Shown here: piece after piece, positions 21,917 through 34,948 of the stretch | Numbering within the stretch: position 1 is the first letter of the stretch | Layout of the letters: the number at the start of each line of letters is the position of its first letter | NCBI RefSeq assembly: GCF_050920415.1 | Contig: NZ_CP169309.1 | Strand: one strand, 5' to 3' | DNA from: Escherichia coli | GTDB taxonomy: Bacteria; Pseudomonadota; Gammaproteobacteria; Enterobacterales; Enterobacteriaceae | Length of the DNA: 64,000 nucleotides | Position numbers and translations under genes: made by a program | Notes under the pieces: model-generated | What the model was told of the DNA's origin: nothing | What the model saw: the letters and a program-made list of their open reading frames with translations, nothing else | Database searches by the model: none

Positions 21917-24109
21917 ATGTCACAGGGGATGTGCATGCTGCGATGGAAACGCTGTATTATGCTAACATTTATCTCTGGAGCTGCTTTTGCGGCTCCAGAG
22001 ATAAATGTTGAGCATAAAGAATCGTTACCTGATTTAGGTAGTCAGGCCGCACAACAGGAAGAACAAACCAACAAGGGTAAATCGCTAAAAGAGCGTGGTG
22101 CCGATTACGTCATTAACTCTGCCACGCAAGGGTTTGAAAACCTGACACCCGAGGCGCTGGAGTCCCAGGCCAGAAGCTATCAGCAAAGTCAAATTACCTC
22201 TACGACACAATCTTATATTGAGGATACACTCTCCCCCTACGGTAAGGTCCGAACGAATCTTTCTCTTGGTCAGGGCGGCGATCTGGATGGCAGTTCCATC
22301 GACTATTTTGTTCCCTGGTATGATAATCAAACTACTGTTTATTTCAGCCAATTTTCTGCACAACGAAAAGAAGATCGTACGATCGGGAATATTGGGCTTG
22401 GTGTAAGACATAATTTTGATAGATGGTTATTGGGTGGAAATATATTTTATGATTATGATTTTACCCGTGGGCATCGCCGTTTAGGTTTAGGCGCCGAAGC
22501 GTGGACTGATTATTTAAAATTCTCTGGCAACTATTATCACCCGCTTTCTGACTGGAAAGACTCCGAAGATTTCGATTTTTATGAGGAGCGTCCTGCGCGC
22601 GGTTGGGATATTCGCGCCGAAACCTGGCTACCCGCTTACCCGCAGATTGGCGGCAAAATCGTTTTCGAACAATATTACGGTGATGAAGTCGCGCTTTTTG
22701 GCACCGATAATCTGGAGAAAGATCCCTTCGCCGTCACGCTGGGTGTGAAATACCAGCCCGTACCACTCATTGCCGTAGGAACGGATTTCAAAGCCGGCAC
22801 TGGCGATAATACCGATCTTTCTGTTAACGCAACGCTGAACTACCAGTTTGGTGTCCCGCTCAAAGACCAGCTTGATCCTGACAAAGTGAACGCGGCTCAC
22901 TCGCTCATGGGCAGCCGCCACGACTTTGTTGAACGTAACAACTTTATTGTTCTGGAATACAAAGAGAAAGATCCGCTCGATGTCACTTTGTGGCTGAAAG
23001 CCGATGCGACGAATGAACATCCCGAGTGCGTGATTAAAGATACGCCAGAAGCAGCCATCGGGCTGGAAAAATGTAAGTGGACCATTAACGCGCTCATTAA
23101 TCATCACTACAAAATCGTTGCTGCCTCCTGGCAGGCGAAAAACAATGCTGCACGTACGCTGGTGATGCCGGTTATCAAAGAAAATACGCTTACTGAAGGT
23201 AACAACAATCACTGGAATCTGGTGCTGCCTGCCTGGCAGTACAGCTCTGATAAAGCCGACCAGGAAAAACTCAATACCTGGCGGGTACGGCTGGCGCTGG
23301 AAGATGAAAAAGGCAATCGGCAGAACTCCGGCGTGGTGGAAATCACCGTTCAGCAGGATCGTAAAATTGAGCTCATCGTTAACAACATCGCCAATGTACC
23401 GGATGAGAACAATCACAGCCACGAAGCCAGCGCGCAAGCGGATGGTGTAGATGGTGTCGTCATGGATCTCGACATTACCGATAGCTTTGGCGACAACACT
23501 GACCGTAACGGTAATGTCTTGCCGCAGGATAATCTCAGCCCGCAGCTGTTTGATGCCAACGATAAAAAAGTGACGCTGACGAATAAACCCTGCACCACTG
23601 AAGTGCCGTGCGTTTTTATCGCCAAACAAGATAAAGAAAAGGGGACCGTTACGCTCTCCAGTACGTTGCCCGGTACTTTCCGCTGGAAGGCGAAAGCCGC
23701 CCCTTATGATGACAGTAACTATGTTGACGTAACGTTCCTGGGTTCTGACATCGGCGGGCTGAATGCTTTTATCTACCGCGTTGGTGCAGCTAAGCTCGTC
23801 AATCTTATCGGCAACAAAGAACCGTTGCCTCTCAATAGCCGCTATCGCTTTGTGCTGTGGCGCGACGCTAACAAAGACGGCGTGTTCCAGCTTTCTGAGA
23901 AGCTCACTGACGACGAGATGAAACAGTATGACTATCAGTGGGAATTCACGGGGAATAGCGTAAATGGCAATACCGGTGCGCAAACCAATACCACGAACGT
24001 CGATATAGAGATTCCGGCAACCAACAAGGACGCGGCAGCAAAGTTTAGTGCCCAGGTAACCGATGGCGTGCAGGGATACGGTTTGCAGGTCAATTACAGC
24101 AAGAAATAG
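21917..24109 (+). CDS. sinH: Intimin/invasin-family inverse autotransporter (SinH-like outer-membrane adhesin)
   Basis: 730 aa; signal peptide; beta-barrel region typical of intimin/invasin (YFVPWYDNQTTVYFSQFSAQRKEDRTIGNIGLGVRHNF); preceded by AT-rich leader 21726-21916; start among ATGs at 21917/21929/21935 uncertain. Confidence 0.75.
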   Translation: MSQGMCMLRWKRCIMLTFISGAAFAAPEINVEHKESLPDLGSQAAQQEEQTNKGKSLKERGADYVINSATQGFENLTPEALESQARSYQQSQITSTTQSYIEDTLSPYGKVRTNLSLGQGGDLDGSSIDYFVPWYDNQTTVYFSQFSAQRKEDRTIGNIGLGVRHNFDRWLLGGNIFYDYDFTRGHRRLGLGAEAWTDYLKFSGNYYHPLSDWKDSEDFDFYEERPARGWDIRAETWLPAYPQIGGKIVFEQYYGDEVALFGTDNLEKDPFAVTLGVKYQPVPLIAVGTDFKAGTGDNTDLSVNATLNYQFGVPLKDQLDPDKVNAAHSLMGSRHDFVERNNFIVLEYKEKDPLDVTLWLKADATNEHPECVIKDTPEAAIGLEKCKWTINALINHHYKIVAASWQAKNNAARTLVMPVIKENTLTEGNNNHWNLVLPAWQYSSDKADQEKLNTWRVRLALEDEKGNRQNSGVVEITVQQDRKIELIVNNIANVPDENNHSHEASAQADGVDGVVMDLDITDSFGDNTDRNGNVLPQDNLSPQLFDANDKKVTLTNKPCTTEVPCVFIAKQDKEKGTVTLSSTLPGTFRWKAKAAPYDDSNYVDVTFLGSDIGGLNAFIYRVGAAKLVNLIGNKEPLPLNSRYRFVLWRDANKDGVFQLSEKLTDDEMKQYDYQWEFTGNSVNGNTGAQTNTTNVDIEIPATNKDAAAKFSAQVTDGVQGYGLQVNYSKK

Positions 24110-24164
24110 GGTCGGCGCCATGGCTGATCGGGCCACCGCTGAATATTAATCAAGGAGAGTGTTT

Positions 24165-25157
24165 ATGAAACCTGATATGAAACGTGGCCTGACAAAAGTC
24201 GCGCTCGCGTTGATGCTGGCTGGATACTGTGCCGTACCAGCCGCTATGGCGGAAGATGCCGCCTGGGTCGCCAGTGGAACGACCGCTGAATTCGAGGGGA
24301 CTATACCCTGGCTCTATCGCGAAGGGGGGAATGCCACGATTAACTCGGAAGATGCGGATCACATTAAAGTGACGTCTGATGGTAAAGGGACCCGTCCTGA
24401 AGGTAGCGAGACGGATAAACGCCTTTACTCAGGGGATACCATCACGCTGGGTTGGGATATCGGCGATACCGAAGGGGATATTGATGATGGTCCCGCAGGC
24501 ATTGATGCGAAAACGACAGCCACTATCAAATGGTACAGTTACAGCGATAATGCGGGTGGCGGTAAAACGGAGCTGACCGCAGCGGCAGGCAAGACGAGTT
24601 ATAAACTCACTGATGACGAACGTGGGCGTTATATCGGTGTTGAAATCCAGCCCATCACCCAGACCGGTAATCCTTTCCAGGGAACGTCGCTGACTCTGCT
24701 GGATATTTCAACGGCCAGCGGTGGCGGCAGCGATACGGACAATGTCGATCCCGGCCCGGTTGTGAACCAGAATCTGAAAGTTGCCATCTTCGAGAAAGGC
24801 ACCACTACCAACCTTATCGGTGGTAATACGGCCATTGCGCTTAACAAAACGTATGTGGCCAAACTGTACTCGGATGAAAACCAGAACGGTAAATACGACG
24901 CAGGTACGGATATGGACGTTACCGCTAACTATGACTTTGCATGGGTCTTTAACGGTAACAGTAAACAACTCGGTGCGGCGGGCGGTATTGCTAATGCCAG
25001 CTTCGATAACAATGACATTGTTATCCCGCAAACTAACGAAGAAGCAAGAACCAGCCTTAACGGTAGTGACCGTAATGGTAAGAGTGGTCTTGCGATCCCG
25101 GCAAACGGCGACGGCGTTCAGGGCTATACGCTGTCAATTATTTACAAACACCACTAA
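24165..25157 (+). CDS. Secreted protein, SinI-like; paralogous to the SinH C-terminal passenger region
   Basis: ORF 24159-25157; ATG at 24165 with RBS aaggagag; signal peptide; C-terminus ...GDGVQGYTLSIIYKHH parallels SinH ...DGVQGYGLQVNYSKK. Confidence 0.5.
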   Translation: MKPDMKRGLTKVALALMLAGYCAVPAAMAEDAAWVASGTTAEFEGTIPWLYREGGNATINSEDADHIKVTSDGKGTRPEGSETDKRLYSGDTITLGWDIGDTEGDIDDGPAGIDAKTTATIKWYSYSDNAGGGKTELTAAAGKTSYKLTDDERGRYIGVEIQPITQTGNPFQGTSLTLLDISTASGGGSDTDNVDPGPVVNQNLKVAIFEKGTTTNLIGGNTAIALNKTYVAKLYSDENQNGKYDAGTDMDVTANYDFAWVFNGNSKQLGAAGGIANASFDNNDIVIPQTNEEARTSLNGSDRNGKSGLAIPANGDGVQGYTLSIIYKHH

Positions 25158-25197
25158 TGCGCACAACAGCATTCCCATACGGGGATGCTGTTTTCCG

Positions 25198-25249
25198 CCT
25201 GTTTTGCTTAGCGACGCGTTAAGCAAAACAGGTTGATGTTTTGTTTATC
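25198..25249 (+). terminator. Strong hairpin (13-bp perfect arms cctgttttgctta / taagcaaaacagg) followed by T-rich tract, between sinI-like and ratA-like genes
   Basis: Inverted repeat read directly; could be a terminator or attenuator in front of ratA. Confidence 0.4.
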
Positions 25250-26209
25250 ATGCTGGAGTTTTCTACATGTCGGTATGTCTGAAACCTGGGAAAATCATTA
25301 TGCTTCTGGGCATGTTGGCAGCTTTTATGCTGTCTGACTTTGCACGGGCAGGGGCGGAATGGCAGACATATCCTGATTCTACAGGCGAGTTTAACGGAAC
25401 CGTTCCTTTTGCCGACAGCGCCAGCGTACCCGTCTATCAGGGCAGTGTTCAGCTTAATCCTGCTGAATCTCATGATGTCGGGTTTACTGCTAAACCGAAT
25501 GAATTTAGCGTTGACGATGACGCTGCTAACCTGATTGTTGCTAATCCTCAGGACAATGAAGGCGACCAGTTTTCCACACCACCTGCGCTGCGCTGGGAAA
25601 ATCAAACACCCCCTACCGTCAGCCTGATGTGGGCCGATGCCGCCACGCCCGATGTGCCCCTTAACCCACAACCCATTGCTAACCGTAGCTTTTGCGCTCA
25701 GGGGCTGGCCGGACGCTCGCTGGTGGCCTGGCCGCAGATTGATGCGCAGCAAACCCTCCCACTGCTCTACCTGCTTACCTCGACCGGGTATCCCTATGCG
25801 GGGACGGTGGCGCTGGTGGACCAGAAAGTGACCCTGAACATCGCGCCCGCGCAGGGCGATTTAATCTCGGTGAGCGCCAGTGGTTATAACGAAACGATCG
25901 CGGCGGCAAAAACCACCGTTGGCGACACCATCACGCTCACCGTCACCACTAAAGATTGTCAGGGCAACGTCGCGGGTAATATTCCGTTTATTATCAAACG
26001 TAAAGATGCTGAAAATCGCCAGGGGGCGGTGAATAATAGTGCGCCGGTGATACTGGATAGCACCGAGTTAACGACGACGGATACCGAATACCATGGCACT
26101 TCTGATGCCAACGGCACGGCCACCATCACGGTGAGCCAACCGAATGGCCCTGGCGTCAAAACGCCATTGGTGGTCAGCATCTCCGGTTTTGCGCAAACCA
26201 GCGAAACCG

Positions 26210-29200
26210 CGGTGATTTTTACGGTACTCACCAGCCCGGACGTGGCGCAGGCTACGATGTGGGGCCATATGGCGGAGACGGTAGAAGCCCACGGTTACAC
26301 CTTCAGTCGACCAAAGCTGGCGGCAGAAGTCAGCAATGAAAGCGCCACGGTCGTCGATCATAACGAAACCTGGTCCACCTTCACCTGGAGCGGCGCAGAT
26401 AGCCACTGCACCGTGCTGCCCGGCATGCGCCACTTCGGCGCGCTGGCGACCGTTATCCCCACGTCGGTGCAGACAGTCCTTGGCTGGCCGATGCAGGGGG
26501 ATTATTACTGGTCATCGCTGGCGGGCACCACCGGGCACCACCGGGCAGCACCATGCGGCGGATGTTTCAAACCGTGGTGAAATGCAAAAGCCGGATAGCA
26601 CCCCGTTTCTTGTGAGCTGCGTGGATAAACCCGCGCCTGACGTCGAACCGAAAATCGTCCTTACGCCCGAAAACTATGATGATACGGCACAGGCGATGAA
26701 AGCGAAGGTGGGTGAAGACGCCTCGATGCGTCTGACAATCACCGACAATAAAAATAACGATCAACCGCTGGCGTATTACTACTTCTCGCTGCATCTGGAT
26801 GACGGTGTTAACCGCAAAAATCAAACCGATCCTGCCTGGGAAGCCCATCCGGTGCAGATTACTGGTGGTTCGAATTTGCAACAGGTTGATGCTCACACCT
26901 ATGAAGGCATGACCGATGTCAACGGTCAGGCTTCGCTAACCCTGAGCCAGCCCGACGGCGCAGGCGTGAAAACCCATATCACGGCGAAAATGCGCAGCAA
27001 TTTTACGGCCACGGATGCCAAAGACGTGATTTTTACTGTGATCACCAGTCCGGACAGCGACAAGGCGCGGATGTGGGGCCATATGCGCGGCATTGTTGTA
27101 TCTGGCAGTCTGTTCAAACGCCCATTACTTGCGGATGAAACTGAGCATGAACTGGGATCGGTGCGGGAAAATAACGAAGACTGGGCGCTGTTCGATCAAG
27201 ACACCAGTATGCAGGCAGAATGCGGTGTGGGCCATATACCCCGGCAGAGTTCGCTGGAAGGCTTATTTACTGCCCATCCAGGCAACGCCATCGGCACGGA
27301 ATATGGCTGGCCCACCGCACAACAGAGCTACTTAAGCGCGGCGGAGCAAGCCACGCATTCATCGGTGAATTTGGCGAACGGGAGCGTCGACAGCTACTCC
27401 GGCTTTAAGCGAAATTATCTCTCCTGTTCGGGCAATGAGATGGTAGCGAACGTTGAAGTCAGCACCGATCACGATATTACTCTCGGCAGCAAAGCACAGG
27501 CCAAAGTGGGAGACACCATCGTGATGACCGTGCGTACGATTAACGCGCTCAATAATACCCCCGTTCCCTTTACAGCCTTCACCATCACTAAAGGCATGGG
27601 GTATAACCGAGCGGGGCAGGTGAGCGGGTTTGATGACCCGAGCAGCGGCGCAATCACGATGAATGGCACGCAATACGGCACATCGCAGCCCTCTATGGTC
27701 TACACGGGTACGACAGATGCACAAGGTGTAGCAACGGTCGAAATAGAGCAACCCCAAGGGGTGGGGTTAAGAACCGTGCTGAGCATTACGCCGGTCAATT
27801 CCCATCTACCAAATGCCATTAATTACAATGTTATTTTTACCACCCCAACCAGCCCGGATGTTAGTGGGGCGCAGATGTGGGGCCATATGGATGAAACGAT
27901 TACCGTTGATTCATTAACCTTTACCCGGCCTAAGCTGGCAGCAGAAATCACCAGTCCGGATGGCACATTAACGGAAAAAAACGAAGTCTGGGCGCGTGTT
28001 AGCCAGGCAAGTACGGCCATTACCAGTAAAGGCGGTTGCGGAGCCAATATGCTGCCGCGCCGCTCACAGCTCAATGCGCTCTATGACGCTAATAACGGCA
28101 ATGCGGTGCAAACCACACACGGCTGGCCGACGCAGCGTCAGCCCTACTGGAGCAGTTCCCCCGCGGATGTAACGCCGCACTATTACACCATTGCCCTGGA
28201 TAACGGCGCACAGGCTATCGGCGGCGATACGCCGGTTTACGTCAGTTGCCTGACGACGGCGAACAAACCTGCCAGCAGCATTACGTTGGATGTGGTTGAT
28301 AACGCACAGTGGGCTGCCGGAAATAACGCGGCGAAGCTGAAAAAAGGCGAAACGCTACGGGTTAAGGTAACGGTAAAAGATGCGCAGGGTAATCCGCTCA
28401 CGGATATGCCATTTAAACTCAGTCGCGGAGACGGTTATACCCGCACGGGCGAAAAACATATTGCCGGTAGTGGCGATGCGCTGGTGGCACCGGTGGTGAT
28501 TAACAGTGGGCTGGCGGATGAAACGACGTTGAACGACACCGCGGGATTTTATACTGCCATGACCAGTAGCGACGGCAGCAAAATCCTCAATATTACACGC
28601 CCGGATACTCACGGCACCAAAACGGCGCTGACGGCGACGCTTTACTCTGATGCGACGAAAAAAGACAGCCTGGATACGATCTTTACTGTGGTCACCAGCC
28701 CGGATAGTAGCAAAGCGAAAATGTGGGGCCATATGCCGGAAACCTTAACGGCGGCAGATGGTACCGTTTTTAAACGCCCATTGCTGTTAAAGGAACTGTC
28801 AAGTCAGACCGGGCGAACATCAATATTCGAAGACAATGAAAACTGGGCGCTGTTTACCCAAACCCAGGCGAACTCAACCAGTAGCGGCTGCGGCGCTAGC
28901 TATGTTCCCACTCAGGCTGGGTTGTTGTCGTTGTTTGATAATCACGCCGGCAATACCATAAAAACCGTCCAGGGCTGGCCGGTTGTAACGCGTTATTTAT
29001 CCAGCACGCCCGACAACACTGGCATGGAACAGCGTAACTACAAAGCGGTGGATCTCGGTAATGGCACCAGTGCCATGGTGTCAACGTCGACACTGGATCT
29101 ACTGACCTGTCAAACCACGCCGGTCACCACGGTGACCCAGATTCTACTGGAAGCGGCAGATCCTGCGGCTCTGGTTTATGTTGACGATACACTGAGTGTA

Positions 29201-32200
29201 GTTAAAGCCAAAAAAGGCGAAGAGTCGGTAGTGCGCGTCACCACGAAAGATGCGCAAGGTAACCCGGTTGGCAATGCGGCGTTTATTCTGAAACGTGCCA
29301 CCAGCATAAACCGGAGGTATACATCAGCGACAGCGAGTGCAGGTGCGCTGACCGTAGCCGATGCCTGGGGAAATACGCGGAGTAATTTTCAGGCAACAAC
29401 TGAAATGATCTATGGCGTGACGGGGGCTGACGGGTCGACAACCTTTACGCTGAAACAGGATAACAGTACCGGGTTAAGAACCGATCTCACGGCATCACTG
29501 GATGGCGTCAGCGGCGTTCAGGCGACCCTCCCGGTGGTCTTTACCGTGGTAACCAGCCCAGATTCTCCTAAAGCGAATTTTTGGGGGCACATGCCTGAAA
29601 CGGTAACGGCCTCTGATGGCATGACGTATAAGCGACCATTACTGTTTAAAGAACTTACCAATAACTATGCACGCTATAGCACTTTTGAGAATGGTGAAGA
29701 TTGGGCAAGATTCAGTGTGGTTCAGTCAAATAACACCGATATGGATGGATGCGGTGCAGAGTATATGCCGACACTGGATGGCCTGCAGTCTTTGTACAGT
29801 GCCAATAGTGGTAATGCGATGGGTACAGTGCAGGGATGGCCGGTAGCAACCAGTTATCTCACCAATACACCGAGTGATACGCAATTAAGTAACCGTTATT
29901 ACAATGTGGTGCAGCTGAATTCTGGCGCGGTTTCTCAAATCGTGACCACCGTGCTGGTATTACAAACCTGTCGCACAACACCTGCGGCTGTTGCCAGCCA
30001 CGTGTCTCTGGAGCCTGCGGACGCCACGCAATTCGTTAAGGTTGACGATAATCTGAGCGCCATTAAAGTGAAAAAAGGCGATGAGGTTGTTATTCGCGTC
30101 ACGACCAAAGATGCGCAAGGAAACCCGGTGGGTAATACGCCGTTTACACTGAAGCGCAGCAGTTCTTTCAATCGCCAGAATGTATTAGTGACGATGCAGA
30201 CGGTTTCGGTGACACCCGCAGCGGCCAGTACAGTTGATACCAATGCATCGGCCACCGTGTATGGCGTGACCGGGCCAGACGGAACCACCACGATAACACT
30301 CCGACAGGATGCGTCCACCGGACTTAAAACCGACTTTTATGCCCTGTTGAATGATACCGGGGTGTCGTCGAACACCTTGCCAGTGATCTTCACCGTCGTC
30401 ACCAGCCCGGATACACCGCTGGCGGCCAACTGGGGGCATATGGCGGAAACCTTTACCAGCAGCGAAGGCGTCACCTTCAAACGGCCTTTCCTCAAAGCTG
30501 AACTTTCTGGTGGTACGGCGGTTACGACTAATAATGAAGTCTGGTCGCGTCTGACAGCAACGGAGAAAATGGATGCCAGCAAGGCTGGATGTGATGAGAG
30601 TTATCAACCGCTGATGACTGACATGCAGGGGTTGTATGCGGATTACCCTAACAACCAGTTGGGCACGGTGCTCGGCTTGCCGACTTCCGCAGGGTATATG
30701 TGGGCCTACGACATGATGACGGTTTCTGGCAGCAGCTGGAGCAACCAGGCATATTCGCTCGTTAATGGTCAGATAGTTCAGGCATCGTCCAGTTATACGG
30801 CGGTAGTGATGTGCCTGGTGGAACCGCATACCGTTCCGGCGACGATAGCGATCACTTCAACAGCGCAGGATGTGGCAAAAACGGCCAGCAATGGTGGTCG
30901 ACCGAGCGCCGTGGCGAAGAAAGGTGAGACGATTCCGCTGACGGTGACCGTACGTGATAGCGCCGGGAACCCGGTGCCCTACGCCGACTTTACCCTCACG
31001 CGTGAAACGACGCTGGATCGCTCGAAAGCAACCGTTAACTCAAATGCGGACGATCTTACCGTGAAGTCATTGATACCCGTGAACAGCGACGCTGGGCTGA
31101 CGGCAAATGGGTCAAAAGTGCTCAGAACAACGGGCAGTGATGGCACAGCCACCTTTGAAGTGAGTCAGAATGCCACGACCGGTCTGGCGACACCGATAAC
31201 CGTCACGCTGGCGCGCGATACAACCAAAACCGCCACGCTGGATGTTATCTACACGGTGATAACCAGCCCGGACTCACCGAGCGCGAAATTCTGGGGGCAC
31301 ATGCCGGACACCTTTACCAGTTCGGCAGGCGTCACCTTCAGACGACCGCTGCTGAAAGCCGAAGCGACTTCAGGGTCATCGATTAGCACTAACGGCAATG
31401 GTGAAGTGTGGTCGTATATGAGCAACTTTCAAAATTTAACATCGACAGATTGTCCGCTGGAGAATCAACCGCGCAGTAATGAATTGTTGGATTTGTATAA
31501 TGATCATCCCAACGGTGCGATAAAGACTGACCTGGGGCTGCCGATATATGCAGGCAAGTGGTGGGCTTATGATATGGTCATGCCGGATTTATATACGTGG
31601 CAGTATCAAACTGTCAGCCTGAGCGCAGGAGATATCGCGAAGAGCTCGTCAACCAACGCGCTGATGCTTTGCCTGACGAAGCCGCATCCGGCAGGCGTCA
31701 GCGTAATGTTGACGTCATCCGCAATGGATAACGCCAGAACCCTCAGTAATGGCGGGCGACCCAGCGCGTCAGTGAAAAAAGGTAACCCACTGCCAATTGT
31801 GGTGACGGTCAAAGATCGTGATGGTAACCCGCTGGCGGGAGAGGCCGTGACGCTCAGGCGTGGTTCAGCGATGAGTCGTTCAGGAGCAGGAGTGAACACG
31901 ACGGCAAATGCAATTACGTTGACAGAATTGACACCTGTGTCGGCGGAGTTTTCTCTGGCCGCACACGATACGCAATGGCAAGGTTTCACCGGCAGTGATG
32001 GTACGGCCACTTTCAATGTTGAACAGCCTGAGACCATCGGCCTGGCCATTCCATTCACCGCTATACTGGCGCGAGATGTCGCAACTACCAGCGTTCTTGA
32101 TGCGATCTTTACCGTCGTCACCAGCCCGGATTCCGCAATGGCGACCTACTGGGGCCATATGCCAGATACGGTAACGGCGGAAAACGGCGTGGTCTTTGAA

Positions 32201-33000
32201 CGGCCTAAATTGTTGAAAGAGCTGCCGTCGAGCGCTGGAGTCAGTCAGGTGACGGATAACAATGAAGTGTGGCCGTTGTTTAACGCAACGCAAAGGGTAG
32301 ACGGCAACCTCAGCCCATGTGAATCGGCGCGTCGCCCATTGAGCGATGATTTATCATCGCTCTATGCGCGTTATCCGGGGAACACGCTGACGACTCAAAT
32401 CGGCTGGTCTACGAAGTATGCATGGTGGGCACTGGATAACAGGCAGGGGAATGCCCTGGTTGTCAGTCTGAGTAATGGTTTGGAGTCGTCGACGGCGAGT
32501 ACGGCGTATCAGGGATGTCTGGTCAATCCTCGCGCGACCGTCTCCAGCGTCACGCTGACATCGACCGCGATGGATGCCATTACTCAGGCGGCGAAGGTAA
32601 AAAAAGGTGAAGCCATGCCCATTGTCGTTACCGTAAAAGACAGCACCGGGAAGCCGGCACCGAATGTCGCGTTCACCTTAAAACGTGGTGATGCCGTGCC
32701 GCGTAACAGCGGGGCGACGTTGTATGGTAATGTTGCGGCGATGGATGATATGACGGTACAACCTGCCAGCGGGACGGTGGTAACGCTGGCTGACAGTGGG
32801 AATACGATTGATGGTGTGACAGGGGCGGACGGTACGGCAAGTTTTACTGTTCGTCAGGATAATACGCCAGGATATAAAACACCGTTGACGGTGACGCTGA
32901 CGGATAACGCCACAATAACGGCGACGCTGGACACAATTTTCACCGTGCCGACCAGCCCGAATGTCGCCACGGCGTATTTCTGGGGGCATATGGCGGATAC
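26210..33000 (+). repeat. Array of about nine diverged ~850-bp coding tandem modules within ratA
   Basis: Conserved DNA/protein core ttYaccgtggtcaccagcccggat...tggggccatatg recurs near 26210, 27040, 27830, 28680, 29540, 30390, 31250, 32100, 32940. Confidence 0.7.
26523..26552 (+). repeat. Three tandem copies of a 10-bp unit (gggcaccacc, gggcaccacc, gggcagcacc) at the ratA frameshift
   Basis: Read directly; removing one copy restores a continuous frame reading ...[19 protein letters not shown]... Confidence 0.8.
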
Positions 33001-33419
33001 CGCCACAGTAAGTGGCAAGACGTTACATCGCCCGCTATTGAAATCAGAGTTGCCGTCAGGGGCTACAGCGGCAGTGGCGCCAACGGTGAATAATGAAATC
33101 TGGGCGCTGGCACATGTGATCGATGCTCAAAAATGGGATGTTGCAAAGCAGTGCGGTGACTTTAGTAAAGCACCGAGCTATACCGATTTACAGTCATTAC
33201 ATAGCAGCTTTAGCGCGCTGGGATGGCCATCATCGATAAGCTTCCCCTATTTCTCTACCGATCGGGCCGGTTCGTTCTATTGTGGCATGGATGAAGGGGC
33301 GGGGACACAAAACTGCGGTATTCAGGCATCCAGTACTGCGGGGTTTGCAACCTGCTTCCAGTAGTCTTAACGGGTCTGTAAATGGGGGCCAAGATGTAAA
33401 TAAGATTCGCAATGCGTCA

Positions 33420-34817
<1,398 letters not shown>

Positions 34818-34948
34818 TTATTCAGTCGATAGTAACCCGCCCTCCGGGGATAGCAAGCATTTTTTGCAAAAAGGGGTAGATGCAATCGGTTACGCTCTGT
34901 ATAATGCCGCGGCAATATTTATTAACCACTCTGGTCGAGATATTGCCC

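Larger units (their letters stand above)
25267..33364 (+). pseudogene. ratA: Giant RatA-like repeat-containing surface protein, frame disrupted by +1 shift near 26523-26552
   Basis: Frame-1 ORF 25267-26580 and frame-2 ORF continuing to 33364 join into one RatA-like protein; the shift maps to tandem gggcaccacc copies; about nine ~280-aa modules each containing VFTVVTSPDS..MWGHM. Confidence 0.65.

Noticed and set aside
22628-24136. 502-aa ORF on the minus strand
   Set aside because: Entirely antisense to the sinH-like gene, which has clear intimin/invasin features; the translation is low-complexity with no recognisable motifs. Treated as a shadow ORF.
26336-26554. N-terminal 73 aa of the 2342-aa frame-2 ORF ([15 protein letters not shown]...)
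   Set aside because: Out-of-frame translation of ratA frame-1 sequence; real RatA-like sequence in this frame begins only after the 10-bp repeat region.
26210-33000. Possible CRISPR-like periodic repeats
   Set aside because: Periodicity is about 850 bp and protein-coding (RatA domain modules), not 28-37 bp repeats with unique spacers. No CRISPR array or cas genes in the window.
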